Part shown: piece by piece, positions 8,640 through 18,196 of the stretch
Numbering within the stretch: the first letter of the stretch is position 1
Layout: each line of letters starts with the position of its first letter
Virus record (IMG/VR): IMGVR_UViG_3300031912_000026
Span: 1-43,152 of that record
Strand: one strand, 5' to 3'
Length of the DNA: 43,152 nt
Source of the DNA: a virus
Taxonomy: Duplodnaviria; Caudoviricetes
The notes under the pieces: model-generated
Database searches by the model: none
What the model saw: the letters and a program-made list of their open reading frames with translations, nothing else
What the model was told of the DNA's origin: nothing
Program-made: the position numbers and the translations under genes

Positions 8640-10198
8640 TATGCATCCCTCCCGCGTCGGTCAACCCATCCAGCCGTAGCTCCGCTCCACGTCGGACCTG
8701 TGCCGTTCGCCTGCCATCTAATTCGGCCTGAGGTATCAGTTCGAATATTCCAGCTATTCGTTGAGTTGGTGCAGGTGCCGGACACAACGAAAGACGTTGT
8801 GGTGCCGCCCACTGTCGGAGCTGGCATGTCCGGCGGGCTCATGGTCATGGTCGCGGCGTTGGTGGCATAGTCAGCGCGCGCCCAGCCGTAGGCGTTGACC
8901 TGGACGCCAGTAGGCACGCCTGCAGAGATCAACGCGGCCGCAGTGGCGAATGCCACAGAAGACGCGATGGTGACCGGAACATCCCATAGGAAGTCATCGC
9001 CAAGCTGGTGGAAGAATTGCCAATTGCCGCCTGCCGTCGTCACTGCGCTGCCGACGCGGCGAGCTATCGTGAAGCCCGCAGCTACGGGAGCGCCGCCCGG
9101 TGCTGCAGCATTCAGCGAGAAGGTGACGTCAACTGCGCCAGTCGTCGGGTTCTTGATGACGTACCAGTGATACCAAGTTGAGTTGGCGATTGTACCAGTG
9201 TCGAGACCGCCCGCGCTGGTGCCAGCCGCCCAGGCTGCCTGCGTCTTGGTCATCGGAGACGCAAGGCTGATCATGTCGCCGTTGTTAGTGTCGGCGCACA
9301 GACCTGCGGCAATCGTCATGTTGGTGGACGAGCCGGGGGTGCTCATTGTGAGCCCGGCTAGATAGCTGCGGATCAGCCCGGTGATCTGCACTGTGGACGG
9401 CGCAGTCATCACGCCGTACTCAGTCACAACGAGATAGCCGGTGCTGCCAGCGGCGCCGTTCGAAGGTGTGGCTACGTTGTTCGCAGCGGCGCCGCCGCCG
9501 CCGCAGCCGGTGTTTGCTGTTACTGCAGGAGCAGATGCAGATACGCCAGAAGCCGCAGAAGCGCCGCGTCCGCCTGCGCCCCAGCGACCTGAGCCGCCTT
9601 GCCCACCTACGAAAAGCACGCCAGAGCTAGCGCTGCTGTAGCCGCCCGGAAGGCCACACATGCCATCGGTTACGAGGTCGCCCACGCAGGAGGAGGCGAG
9701 ACCGCCCACGCCGCCTACAGGTATGAGGCCAGCATTGCCTTGAGCGCCCCCGGTCGCGGGCGCTGCAGTCAGCACTGCGCCCAGGGTCGTGGCAGTGCCT
9801 GCGCCGCCCGCGCCGTTGCCGACGCCAGCCGCGCCGCCTGCGCCGATGGTGACCGCGAGTCCTGCGCCTACCATGGCCGCGGTCAGCATCTTGACCGCTC
9901 GCGCGCCGCAGCCTCCGCCGCCTGCTGAGTAGGATGTACCTGATGCAGCGAGCACGCCGCCGCCACCTCCGCCACCTCCGACACCATCAGCTACGGCGAA
10001 GGTCATTCCAGGCGTCGGCACATAGGTGCCGTTCGCCGTGAACTTCTGCACGTTGATGATGCCTACGGTGCTGCCAAGATAGCCGAGATTTGACGGCACC
10101 CACTCCGTACCGTCCCACTTCCACACAGGCACGCCAGCTTGCGCGGGCGAGGGGAACGTTTGTCCTACGGTAGGAGAGTCCGGAAAATTGAGGGCCAT
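8639..10198 (-). CDS. Tail fibre 2 (glycine-rich domain plus C-terminal beta domain)
   Basis: N-terminal MALNFPDSP..WKWDGTEW, Gly-rich polyglycine domain, GGLDTGTIANSTWYHWY. Confidence 0.82.
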   Translation of the reverse strand: MALNFPDSPTVGQTFPSPAQAGVPVWKWDGTEWVPSNLGYLGSTVGIINVQKFTANGTYVPTPGMTFAVADGVGGGGGGGGVLAASGTSYSAGGGGCGARAVKMLTAAMVGAGLAVTIGAGGAAGVGNGAGGAGTATTLGAVLTAAPATGGAQGNAGLIPVGGVGGLASSCVGDLVTDGMCGLPGGYSSASSGVLFVGGQGGSGRWGAGGRGASAASGVSASAPAVTANTGCGGGGAAANNVATPSNGAAGSTGYLVVTEYGVMTAPSTVQITGLIRSYLAGLTMSTPGSSTNMTIAAGLCADTNNGDMISLASPMTKTQAAWAAGTSAGGLDTGTIANSTWYHWYVIKNPTTGAVDVTFSLNAAAPGGAPVAAGFTIARRVGSAVTTAGGNWQFFHQLGDDFLWDVPVTIASSVAFATAAALISAGVPTGVQVNAYGWARADYATNAATMTMSPPDMPAPTVGGTTTSFVVSGTCTNSTNSWNIRTDTSGRIRWQANGTGPTWSGATAGWVDRRGRDA

Positions 10199-10199
10199 T

Positions 10200-11978
10200 T
10201 CATGGGCTCCATGTACCGTATTCAGTCACCATGATTGCGCCGGGCGCACCGGCGCCGCCTGCAGGCGTACCCGTGACGCCCATGCTTGAGGCGCCGGTGC
10301 CGCCGCCGCCGTAGTTGCGCCCTGCTACGCCTGCAGTGTTGGACGATGCAGAACCGTTGGGCGGAACCCTCATGCCAGCGAATTGCGAGCTGCCGCCAAA
10401 GCCGCCAAACGATGTGATGGTTGCTGAGTTGAACCACAGTCCGGCTCCGCCATCGGCGCCTTGAATAGAGGCGTCGCCAGTGCCCAGCGCACCTGCTTGA
10501 CCGCAGGCAGGGCTGGCAGAAGTTGATGCCAAGAAGCCGCCGCCACCACCTGGAGCCGTCAGGAACGCAGCGAGAGATGTTTGCCCGCCCGCGCCGCCAT
10601 TGCCGCCCGCCACAGCAGTGCCGCCCGCTCCAATCGTGGCTGCGAGCCCCGCGCCGATCTGCGCAGCAGTGAGCCATACCCTGGAATAGGTGCCGCCTGC
10701 GCCGCCGCCTGCGGCGAGCGAGTTGGTAGTGCCTGTGCTGTTAACGCCGCCGCCTGCGCCGCCGCCTCCGCAGCCTTCCACCAACGCAAACAGTGTCCCT
10801 GGTGTCGGCACATAGGTGCCGGTTGCGGTGATCATGCGAGTCTTGGGCGTGCCCATCGCGACCATTGCGCCGATGTTGGCGCGCGCCTGCGACTGCTGCG
10901 CAGTCGTCAGCGTCTGCGGATCAAACTGGACAAAGTTGCCGCCGAGACCTGGAACGATCGCAACCCATTGAGTCGACGTGCCATCGTTGTAGAGGATGTA
11001 CAGAATGCCCGTAGAGGACTGCCACCACAGCGAGCCCGCGTTGGTCACTGTGGTGGGCTTGATGTCGGAGATGGTGACGCTGCCACCCGCGATCTGCCAA
11101 GGCTTCCACGTCCCGCCCTGCTGCGTTCTAATCCACGTTATGCCGGTCGATAGCGCCGTCAGCGTCTGCTTGACGTTGCCCGGTCCATTGGTCTCTATCA
11201 TCAGAAAGAACGTGTCGGAGATGCCTGCGGGGCCGTTGGTCGTCGATGTGTCGATGGTGTAGAAGGTGCCCGCCGTTGTCATCGTATTGAGATCAACGGC
11301 CGCAGTCGCGGGCTCCGCCATGTGGATCGCGAGATTGGTCCGCCCCTGCGCCTGCTGCGTGGCTGTGAGGCCCTGCGGCGCGTCATAGCGCACAGCCGGA
11401 TAGGCTGGCGTGTTCTGGACGGTCACCCACTGCTTGGTGTTGCCGTCATCGAAGTAGATGTACAAGCCGCCCGCGTCGCTCTCCCACCACAGGCAGCCAT
11501 GCCAAGGATTAGTCGGAGGCGTGTCGGAGATGTAGACGCCCTCGCGCAGCGTCCAGGGACCCCAGACTCCGCCGTTCATTTCGCGGCAATAGACCCGCCC
11601 AGGCTGCGAGATATCGTCCAAGTCTCGACATTGCAGAGTGCCATTTGTCGAGTTGATGAAGCTGGCATTTCCTACAAACCTGTGGCCAGTCACCGGCGCG
11701 TCGGAGACCGTTGCATCCGAATTGAAAAATCCGGTGATGAAGGTCATCGACGCATAGTTGGGAATGACAATCTGATTGTTCGGCGCAGCGCCCAGCGCGG
11801 CAATCGCCGTCTGTGGCGTGGACGAGCCGGTGCCGCCTGCCACGATGGGGCGCGGATTGTTGGCGTCGGACTCCAGGTCGTGAATCAGCGTGTTGTAGCG
11901 CGCGCTGGAGATGACGGTGTTGGGAGTGCCGTCAGAGCCCGGAGGGACGTGATAGACGTTTGATGCATCACGGGGCAT
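10200..11978 (-). CDS. Tail fibre 1 (virion-anchored; knob-like and Gly-rich domains)
   Basis: MPRDASNVY..ISSARYNTLIHDL anchor, duplicated LWW.S..G.LYI modules, DLNTMTTAGTFY knob and Gly-rich C-terminus. Confidence 0.85.
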   Translation of the reverse strand: MPRDASNVYHVPPGSDGTPNTVISSARYNTLIHDLESDANNPRPIVAGGTGSSTPQTAIAALGAAPNNQIVIPNYASMTFITGFFNSDATVSDAPVTGHRFVGNASFINSTNGTLQCRDLDDISQPGRVYCREMNGGVWGPWTLREGVYISDTPPTNPWHGCLWWESDAGGLYIYFDDGNTKQWVTVQNTPAYPAVRYDAPQGLTATQQAQGRTNLAIHMAEPATAAVDLNTMTTAGTFYTIDTSTTNGPAGISDTFFLMIETNGPGNVKQTLTALSTGITWIRTQQGGTWKPWQIAGGSVTISDIKPTTVTNAGSLWWQSSTGILYILYNDGTSTQWVAIVPGLGGNFVQFDPQTLTTAQQSQARANIGAMVAMGTPKTRMITATGTYVPTPGTLFALVEGCGGGGAGGGVNSTGTTNSLAAGGGAGGTYSRVWLTAAQIGAGLAATIGAGGTAVAGGNGGAGGQTSLAAFLTAPGGGGGFLASTSASPACGQAGALGTGDASIQGADGGAGLWFNSATITSFGGFGGSSQFAGMRVPPNGSASSNTAGVAGRNYGGGGTGASSMGVTGTPAGGAGAPGAIMVTEYGTWSP

Positions 11979-13554
11979 TCTGATCCTCCAACTGAGGCAC
12001 GCCGCCGCGCAGCGCACCGCGCGCCATCGCTTGAGCTACGTCAGCTCTGGTCATTGCATGAGGAAGCGTTGGAGCTACGATCCCCTGCGAGGCAGCCCAG
12101 GGCGAGCGCGCGGCAACTATCTCCTGCATGCGCTGGTAGGCTTGGCGGGTGGCGTAGTCGGCGTACTTCTTGGCGCCATAGGCAACGCCTCCGGGGATCA
12201 TGCCCAGGCCAAAGCCCACAGCCGGGTTGCCGCCGAAATAGTGGCTCACGGCTCCCGCGTAGAACGGAAGCTGCGAGTGCGCAGCGATTTTCATCATGGT
12301 GTCGGGAGCGCCTGAGCCGATCCTGCGCGCGGCGCGCTCCATGGGACCGGAGCCCTCCGACACAGCGCGTGCGGCTTCTATCTCCTGCGGACTAAATCCG
12401 TAGAGTGGCCCGCCTCCGGCTTCGTTTTTAGCGAGCGCGTTGGCGACGACGTTGCGCATTGACTGCTCAGCGCCTCCGCCTCCGCCTGCCTTTGCTGCAG
12501 CCTTTGCCTCAATTCCTGCTTCTGTCTGAGTAAGGAAATTGAGTCGTTCGAGAGCTGCGTGATTTCGTCTGGCGGACTGGTAGGCGGCTGATGCGAGCCC
12601 AGGAGGGTCAACCGATGTGGGGTGAAGAGCCGACTGAGGAATGTTCTCAGTAAACTGATCAAGCATCCCAATAGCCAGATTGGCACCCCGCCGCTCCGCC
12701 CCTCGCCCAGCCCCAGCCCGTACATCGTTGAGCCCGGTCCGGACGGTTTCGAGATCAGAGGGTGTGAGGTAGCCGCGCGAGGCGGTTGCTGTCGGGTTGC
12801 CCGCGTAAGGGGTCCAGACTTGCGGGTCCATAGTTTCGAGATTGCGGACGTTCGCGTAGGTGCCCGGAGCTGTTTCAGGAATGACTCCCTGTGGCCTGAG
12901 CCCGGTAGGAACATTTGGCGCACCGGGCATTCCCGGAGGATAGCCGTGCTCCATGGCCGCGGCAACCTGCGGACCCACTTCAGGCTTAAGCCGGACGTCG
13001 GCGGCGCGCGCCAGCGCATAGTCCATATCCCGCGCGGCGCCCAGCTCGCTCTGCACCTTCGGGATATCCGCGAGCGGATTGGCTGGACCTGTCAGCGCCT
13101 GATAGCCCGCGCGCACGCCGCGGCCCGCGGCATTGATCCCGGCTCCGACGCCAGCGGTGAGCCCCGCCTCCGCCAAGCGTTCGCCCCAGCCCGCGTCCGC
13201 GGGCAGCTCGGGGATGCCTGTGGCGCTGCGCAGCATCGGCGCGAGGTAAGGCACCTCGGCGCCCTTGGCCTTCTCCCAGTCGCGCACGCCATGCCCAGGC
13301 GTGGCGCCGGGCATCACCGCTTCAAAAGCTTTGTCAGCAAGCCAGTTGGCGCCGCGGTGCGCAGACGTCACAAGATCGGGCATCCACGTTGCGTAGTCGG
13401 TGACGGCTCGCCCCAGGCGATTGGCAAAGCTGCGCGGGTCCGGAGGCGACGGCGGCGAAGGCGGCACCGGCGTATCGCCCAGGTCATAGCCCGGCTGCGG
13501 CGCTGTCGGGACCGGCGCCGGTGTGTCGCCCAGGTCGTAGGTGTCATTCGCCAT
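11968..13554 (-). CDS. Internal virion / DNA ejection protein
   Basis: Ala/Gly-rich helical protein in the ejection-protein position, with YDLGDTP repeated twice at the N-terminus. Confidence 0.65.
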   Translation of the reverse strand: MANDTYDLGDTPAPVPTAPQPGYDLGDTPVPPSPPSPPDPRSFANRLGRAVTDYATWMPDLVTSAHRGANWLADKAFEAVMPGATPGHGVRDWEKAKGAEVPYLAPMLRSATGIPELPADAGWGERLAEAGLTAGVGAGINAAGRGVRAGYQALTGPANPLADIPKVQSELGAARDMDYALARAADVRLKPEVGPQVAAAMEHGYPPGMPGAPNVPTGLRPQGVIPETAPGTYANVRNLETMDPQVWTPYAGNPTATASRGYLTPSDLETVRTGLNDVRAGAGRGAERRGANLAIGMLDQFTENIPQSALHPTSVDPPGLASAAYQSARRNHAALERLNFLTQTEAGIEAKAAAKAGGGGGAEQSMRNVVANALAKNEAGGGPLYGFSPQEIEAARAVSEGSGPMERAARRIGSGAPDTMMKIAAHSQLPFYAGAVSHYFGGNPAVGFGLGMIPGGVAYGAKKYADYATRQAYQRMQEIVAARSPWAASQGIVAPTLPHAMTRADVAQAMARGALRGGVPQLEDQNAP

Positions 13555-15502
13555 AGGGCACCCCGCTCAAGACTGCTGCCGCGTGTCCCTTGCCGTAGAG
13601 CTTGTCAAAAGCGGCCGCGCTGGACGGGTTCGCCTTCAGCCGCGTGACGTGCTCAGGCGCATAAGGCATATCCACCCGCGCGCCGGTGCGCGCGCCGCGA
13701 TCCATCACAGGATCGTTGAACACGCCATACAGGCGATCGTTGTGCTGATTGATAGTCTTGATCGCCGCATCCTGCGTGGAGTCGAGGAGTCGACGGATCG
13801 AGCCGGGCTCCATCGCAATGGTGCCGGTTGCCGCCTTCTCCACGAAGGCGCGGTCCGCGTCGGAAATGTTCTGCGAGCCCACTGTGGACTTGATCATGGC
13901 GCCAGCGATCGCCGCGAGCCGCGAGCGCAGCACCTCGGTTGCCTCCGCCACATTGTTGTTATCCGGGGCGAACCCCAGCGCGTGCGCCGCCTTGAGCAGG
14001 TCAAGCCGCGCCTCGGCGCCGGTGCCGGTGATAGCGCCGTTGATCGACTGCTTGGCTTCCGCGATCCGCGGCAAGCCCATCGCAACCTGCTGGACCCCGT
14101 TGCGGTCCTTGGTGATGTCCTGGAGCATGACGTTGTACGTCTCGGGGGAACCGAAACGCTGCGCGACGCGCGCCGCCTGCTGTTCCTTGGTCGCTTCCGC
14201 CTGCGCGCGGGAGATTTCGGCGCCCTTTTGCTGGTAAGCCCACGGAAGGCCGCTTGTATCGCCCACAGAAGGCGCCTGAGCGGTCTGCTGCGAGGGGGCT
14301 GGTGCAGCCCCGCCCTGCGGCGGGACCGCACCTGAGGCTGCCGGTGCCGGTCCCGGAGGGGTCGGTTGCCCAGAGATCGGCTGCCCAGGAGTATAGGTCT
14401 CCAGGCCATATTGAAAGCGGGACTTGGCGAGATCGACGGCTTTCTGCCGCTCCGCGAGCACCCGCTCCTCATACTGCTGATACTGCTGCTCGCGGTATTG
14501 CTGCAGATGATTGGCCTGATCCGAAAACATCTTGCGGGTGTCGGGGTCGAGGTACGGGCTCATCGACTGCGCCCGCGCGTACATCTCCTGACGGCCCGGC
14601 CGCAGGCTTGGTTCCTGCAGAATTTCTCGAGCCGGGGCGTCGTACTGCGCGCCCGGCATGGCGGGAGCTTTCGAAATGTTCTGCGCCGCAGGTGGAGGCG
14701 GCATAGCCCGGCCCGCTACCTGCGGCGGCGGAGCGACTGCCGCCGCAGGGGGACCACCAGCACCCGGAGGCACACGAACCGGAGCCGGAGTCTGAGGAGC
14801 TTGCGCCATGGCTTGCGCCGCAAACGGGATCGCGACGCGATTATTCCACTGTGCGCCAAATCCGGTTTGACCAGCCGGGCCGGGCACAGGCGGAGGCCGC
14901 TGCGGACCCATCGTCGCGGCCGTGATTGCATTCCTGTTGTTCGCCGCGGGATCAGCCTGCTGCGCGTAGAGCGATCTACTATCGGATGGGACGATTGGCG
15001 AAGTTGTGACGTCGCCCGTCTTCACTTCCCGTGGAGGAACAGGCGTCGCATTCGTAATTGAAGCATCAGGCGTATTCGGTGCGGCAACCGGGCTTTCTGC
15101 AGTCGCACTGGCAACCGCTGTTGCGGGCGGACGTGCGGGAGCTTCAGGCGGCTCCCCCTGTACCGCAGGTGCCGCAGCAGGTGCTTCTGCCGCCGCCTTC
15201 GTTCCTGTCTTGGTGTCCTCATCGCCGCCGCCGCCGTAGCCCTTGAGAAATCCCTCGATTGCCGATTGCTGGCGCGCGGCCGCGGCGGCTTCCGCCGCCT
15301 GCTGCTGGCGCAGGACCGCCGCATCCCCGATGCTTTCGCCCAGGTAGGTGAGACCCTCACCGAACGTCTTGGGGAATTTGCTTTGCCGCTTCATCAGCGC
15401 AGTGGCGATCGCGCGCCGCTGCTGCAATTGATCATAGGTCATCTGACCTTGCGGCGCGTTGCCCCAAAAGATGTAGCCGGGATTTGCGTAGTCGTCAGCC
15501 AT
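13544..15502 (-). CDS. Internal virion / DNA ejection protein
   Basis: Pro/Ala/Gln-rich disordered N-terminal half and helical C-domain (GAITGTGAE..GSQNISDADR), like podovirus DNA transfer proteins. Confidence 0.7.
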   Translation of the reverse strand: MADDYANPGYIFWGNAPQGQMTYDQLQQRRAIATALMKRQSKFPKTFGEGLTYLGESIGDAAVLRQQQAAEAAAAARQQSAIEGFLKGYGGGGDEDTKTGTKAAAEAPAAAPAVQGEPPEAPARPPATAVASATAESPVAAPNTPDASITNATPVPPREVKTGDVTTSPIVPSDSRSLYAQQADPAANNRNAITAATMGPQRPPPVPGPAGQTGFGAQWNNRVAIPFAAQAMAQAPQTPAPVRVPPGAGGPPAAAVAPPPQVAGRAMPPPPAAQNISKAPAMPGAQYDAPAREILQEPSLRPGRQEMYARAQSMSPYLDPDTRKMFSDQANHLQQYREQQYQQYEERVLAERQKAVDLAKSRFQYGLETYTPGQPISGQPTPPGPAPAASGAVPPQGGAAPAPSQQTAQAPSVGDTSGLPWAYQQKGAEISRAQAEATKEQQAARVAQRFGSPETYNVMLQDITKDRNGVQQVAMGLPRIAEAKQSINGAITGTGAEARLDLLKAAHALGFAPDNNNVAEATEVLRSRLAAIAGAMIKSTVGSQNISDADRAFVEKAATGTIAMEPGSIRRLLDSTQDAAIKTINQHNDRLYGVFNDPVMDRGARTGARVDMPYAPEHVTRLKANPSSAAAFDKLYGKGHAAAVLSGVPYGE

Positions 15503-16832
15503 GCCCGACTCCTATGATGCTGCCCAGCCGATCCTGATCAACGTACTTGATGCCGCCGCGCGAGCGGACCGCCTTCGGGTCGATCTTTTCGACGTCTTGG
15601 GCCATTGGTCCTACATGACGGGAGTGTGACGGGTCGCCGCGATAGGAATAGGAGTAGATCGGCAGTCGATCCGAATCGTCCGGCGTACCGCGCTCCCCGG
15701 TTGCCCAGACGGACCCCATAGGCACCAAATCTTCTTTCATCCGGATGTCGGACATTTTCATCATGCCGCCCGCCATCCCCATCAATCCGCCCATCAGGCT
15801 GTTCCAATTTTGCGACTCCTGCTGATAGTTCTGGAATTGCTGATTGAAGTTTTGGTTGATCAGGCCCGCAACGTCGGTAGTCGGGATCGTCGGCTGTTGC
15901 GTGTTGACGAAGTTGGGTTGCTGTATCTGCGAGCCCGACATGAGCGCCGAGATTTCGTTGATCGGCTGATCGCGCAGCGCGTACTGATTTTGCAGCGCCT
16001 GCTGTTGAGCCTGCTGCTGCGCTTGAAACACGCCCTGGAGCTGCGCGAAGTTTTGTGCCTGCGCCGCCTGCCCGAACTGCCCTTCTGTGGCTGCCTGTTC
16101 GAAGCCCTGCGCCTGCGCCTGATTCTTGAACGCAGCTTGCGCCGCCGCCATCGCTTGCAGGTTCTGCTGCTCAGTGTCCGCGGTGCCCACAGCTCCGAGA
16201 CGCAGGTTGTTCACGGAGTTATTGAAATCCCCCATGGCATGCGTATAGGCGTCGGAGCCGTACTGAATGCCCTGGTCAGAGAGCTGCTGACGGAGTTGGT
16301 TGCTCTGCTGATCGAGCTGCGGCTGCAAACGCTGCAGAATGGAGTTTTGCAAGTCCTGCGCTTGGCCAGCAAACTGAGACGGGTCGCCGTAGCTCTGCGT
16401 GATCCCCGGAAGCCCTGCGGTGTTGATTGACGTCGGCGCTAGAGGAGAACTTGACAGAGGCGTCGTCGAACCCGCTGCAGGGACTGACGAAAGGTCTATC
16501 GGGTTCGCCATGATCCCGGAAAGATTCCGAGATGCTTGATTGGCGATACCCGCCATATTGAACTGTGTCCCCTGCTGCTGCGCTAAAATTTGCTGACCTT
16601 GCGGTGAAAGCGTTTGCGTCGCGCTGAAGGTAGGGATCGTATAGTTTGAGCCTGAGAACGGGTCTGTCCAATTGTATTGCCCAGTTTGGTTGTAGTTGAG
16701 CGAACCGTACGGTGTGTACTGATTCACGTTGTTCAGCATCGAATTGGCAATCGCTGTCGCCACATTCGTGGACGTCGATGCTGCTGAAGTCATCGCAGGA
16801 TTGGGAGGTTCTGGTGCAGACGGCTTGCCCAT
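15495..16832 (-). CDS. DNA ejection (pilot-like) protein with C-terminal peptidase S74 chaperone domain
   Basis: MGKPSAP..NQYTPYGSL N-terminus, Gln-rich coil, SDIRMKEDL...GPMAQDVEK..P.AV. Confidence 0.8.
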   Translation of the reverse strand: MGKPSAPEPPNPAMTSAASTSTNVATAIANSMLNNVNQYTPYGSLNYNQTGQYNWTDPFSGSNYTIPTFSATQTLSPQGQQILAQQQGTQFNMAGIANQASRNLSGIMANPIDLSSVPAAGSTTPLSSSPLAPTSINTAGLPGITQSYGDPSQFAGQAQDLQNSILQRLQPQLDQQSNQLRQQLSDQGIQYGSDAYTHAMGDFNNSVNNLRLGAVGTADTEQQNLQAMAAAQAAFKNQAQAQGFEQAATEGQFGQAAQAQNFAQLQGVFQAQQQAQQQALQNQYALRDQPINEISALMSGSQIQQPNFVNTQQPTIPTTDVAGLINQNFNQQFQNYQQESQNWNSLMGGLMGMAGGMMKMSDIRMKEDLVPMGSVWATGERGTPDDSDRLPIYSYSYRGDPSHSRHVGPMAQDVEKIDPKAVRSRGGIKYVDQDRLGSIIGVGHG

Positions 16833-17284
16833 CAGGCTGCCTCCCTCGCAAAGCGTTTAGAATTGATTTTGTTGTTCGCCCACTCATCATCAGTCAACGT
16901 AGCAACCACACCATCTACTTCCCGACCATAAAGACGGGGAATGCGATGAAACGTGCAGCCATACCAAGCAAGCTGACGGAGCAGACGTTCATTGTCGATG
17001 CGCGCCCGGAAGACAACCATCTGGCAACCGACACCAAGAAATGGGTAATCGAACATTGCATTGATGAAGCGTCGGGTAAGGAAGTGAGGATCAATTCCCG
17101 CGCCCGACATTTCTATGATTTTCGCATCCGGGTCATAGTTGTGGTAGACAACGCCAGCGATCAGCCTGCCCTCATTATCGAGCGCGCCGATGGTTTGACA
17201 CGCGCCAAAGCCACGCTCGCCACCCGGAAGTAGCTGCCCCACAAATGCGACAACAGCGTCGTTATGGCCGTACAAAACATTCAT
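16832..17284 (-). CDS. GNAT-family N-acetyltransferase-like protein
   Basis: LIAGVVYHNY..IEMSGA..AMFDYPF..LGC pattern in the virion-gene position typical of such podoviruses. Confidence 0.75.
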   Translation of the reverse strand: MNVLYGHNDAVVAFVGQLLPGGERGFGACQTIGALDNEGRLIAGVVYHNYDPDAKIIEMSGAGIDPHFLTRRFINAMFDYPFLGVGCQMVVFRARIDNERLLRQLAWYGCTFHRIPRLYGREVDGVVATLTDDEWANNKINSKRFAREAA

Positions 17285-17676
17285 CCGTAGTAAGCCTGCG
17301 GAATCGGTGTCTGTTGCTGCGGTTGTCCGCTGACGCCTGGAGTGAACGGCATCTGCGCAGCCGCAAGCGGATCAATGCCCGTCGGGTTCGCGCGTGTCGC
17401 AGCGTAGCCCGCCTGATTCTGTGCCTGGAGCTGCTGCGCCTGCATTGCCGCAGCGATTTGATTGCGCATGTCGTTAGACTGCGGAGTCTGCCCACCCGCA
17501 GGACTCACGCCGCCTCCAGGTGAAGCGCCGGGCAGCATCTGCCCTCCGCCCGTCGCCTGTGGCGAGAACTGTGGCGCCTGCGGCGTGCTGCCTCCCGTCA
17601 TTTGCGACATGGGAGCAGACATTCCCTTGTTGATCTGCGAGAGCAGCGCTGTCGGGTCTACTGTCGTCGGGTCCAT
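17281..17676 (-). CDS. Gln/Pro-rich hypothetical virion protein
   Basis: ATGA-coupled, low-complexity, inside the structural operon. Confidence 0.6.
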   Translation of the reverse strand: MDPTTVDPTALLSQINKGMSAPMSQMTGGSTPQAPQFSPQATGGGQMLPGASPGGGVSPAGGQTPQSNDMRNQIAAAMQAQQLQAQNQAGYAATRANPTGIDPLAAAQMPFTPGVSGQPQQQTPIPQAYYG

Positions 17677-17679
17677 CGC

Positions 17680-18186
17680 TTAGCCTCCGGGCTGGAATGC
17701 GCCGCCACCTGTGTAGAAATTCGGGATTGGGTTCTGTGCCACAGGCTGCCCCCATCCCCACATGCTCTGACGCGCGTTGAAGTCGGACTGCGCTTGTGAG
17801 TTGGCTGCCATCTGCGCTGCAACGGCGTTTCGTCGACCTTCCAAGTCATAGGGCAGGTTCTGCGCCATGGCGCGCAGCGCGTCTGGATCGACATAGCTGC
17901 CGCCGTAGGTCTGCGACGTGCCCGCGAGGTTAGGACCATATTGCCCGCTGCCTGGACCGTACTGCGACTGAATCGGCGGCTGCCACGCAGGCGGCATGGC
18001 AGTCTGCTGGAGCTGCGCCTGCGTCATGTTGCCCGCGCGGCCCTGCTGCCAATTCATCACCGCTTGCTCTGACGGCGCATAGCCGGGGATGTACGCTGGC
18101 GCGAAGGTCCCGCCTAGCGCGCCCTGCGGATCGTAATTCTGTGGCGCCGGTGTCTGCGGATTCTGCTGCGGAGTCGGTGCGGGCAT
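17680..18186 (-). CDS. Gln/Pro-rich hypothetical virion protein
   Basis: GAGGAG SD upstream of ATG 18186; lies within the operon. Confidence 0.6.
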   Translation of the reverse strand: MPAPTPQQNPQTPAPQNYDPQGALGGTFAPAYIPGYAPSEQAVMNWQQGRAGNMTQAQLQQTAMPPAWQPPIQSQYGPGSGQYGPNLAGTSQTYGGSYVDPDALRAMAQNLPYDLEGRRNAVAAQMAANSQAQSDFNARQSMWGWGQPVAQNPIPNFYTGGGAFQPGG

Positions 18187-18196
18187 GTGCTTCTCC

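Noticed and set aside
7908-11978. Diversity-generating retroelement or invertase-driven fibre switching
   Set aside because: No reverse transcriptase or recombinase gene, and no TR/VR pair differing only at adenines was noticed.
12622-13647. Long antisense ORFs (e.g. 12622-13647, 13541-14335, 26083-26982, 28874-29644, 1975-2736)
   Set aside because: Shadow frames of GC-rich genes on the opposite strand, Arg/Gly/His-biased and without recognisable motifs.
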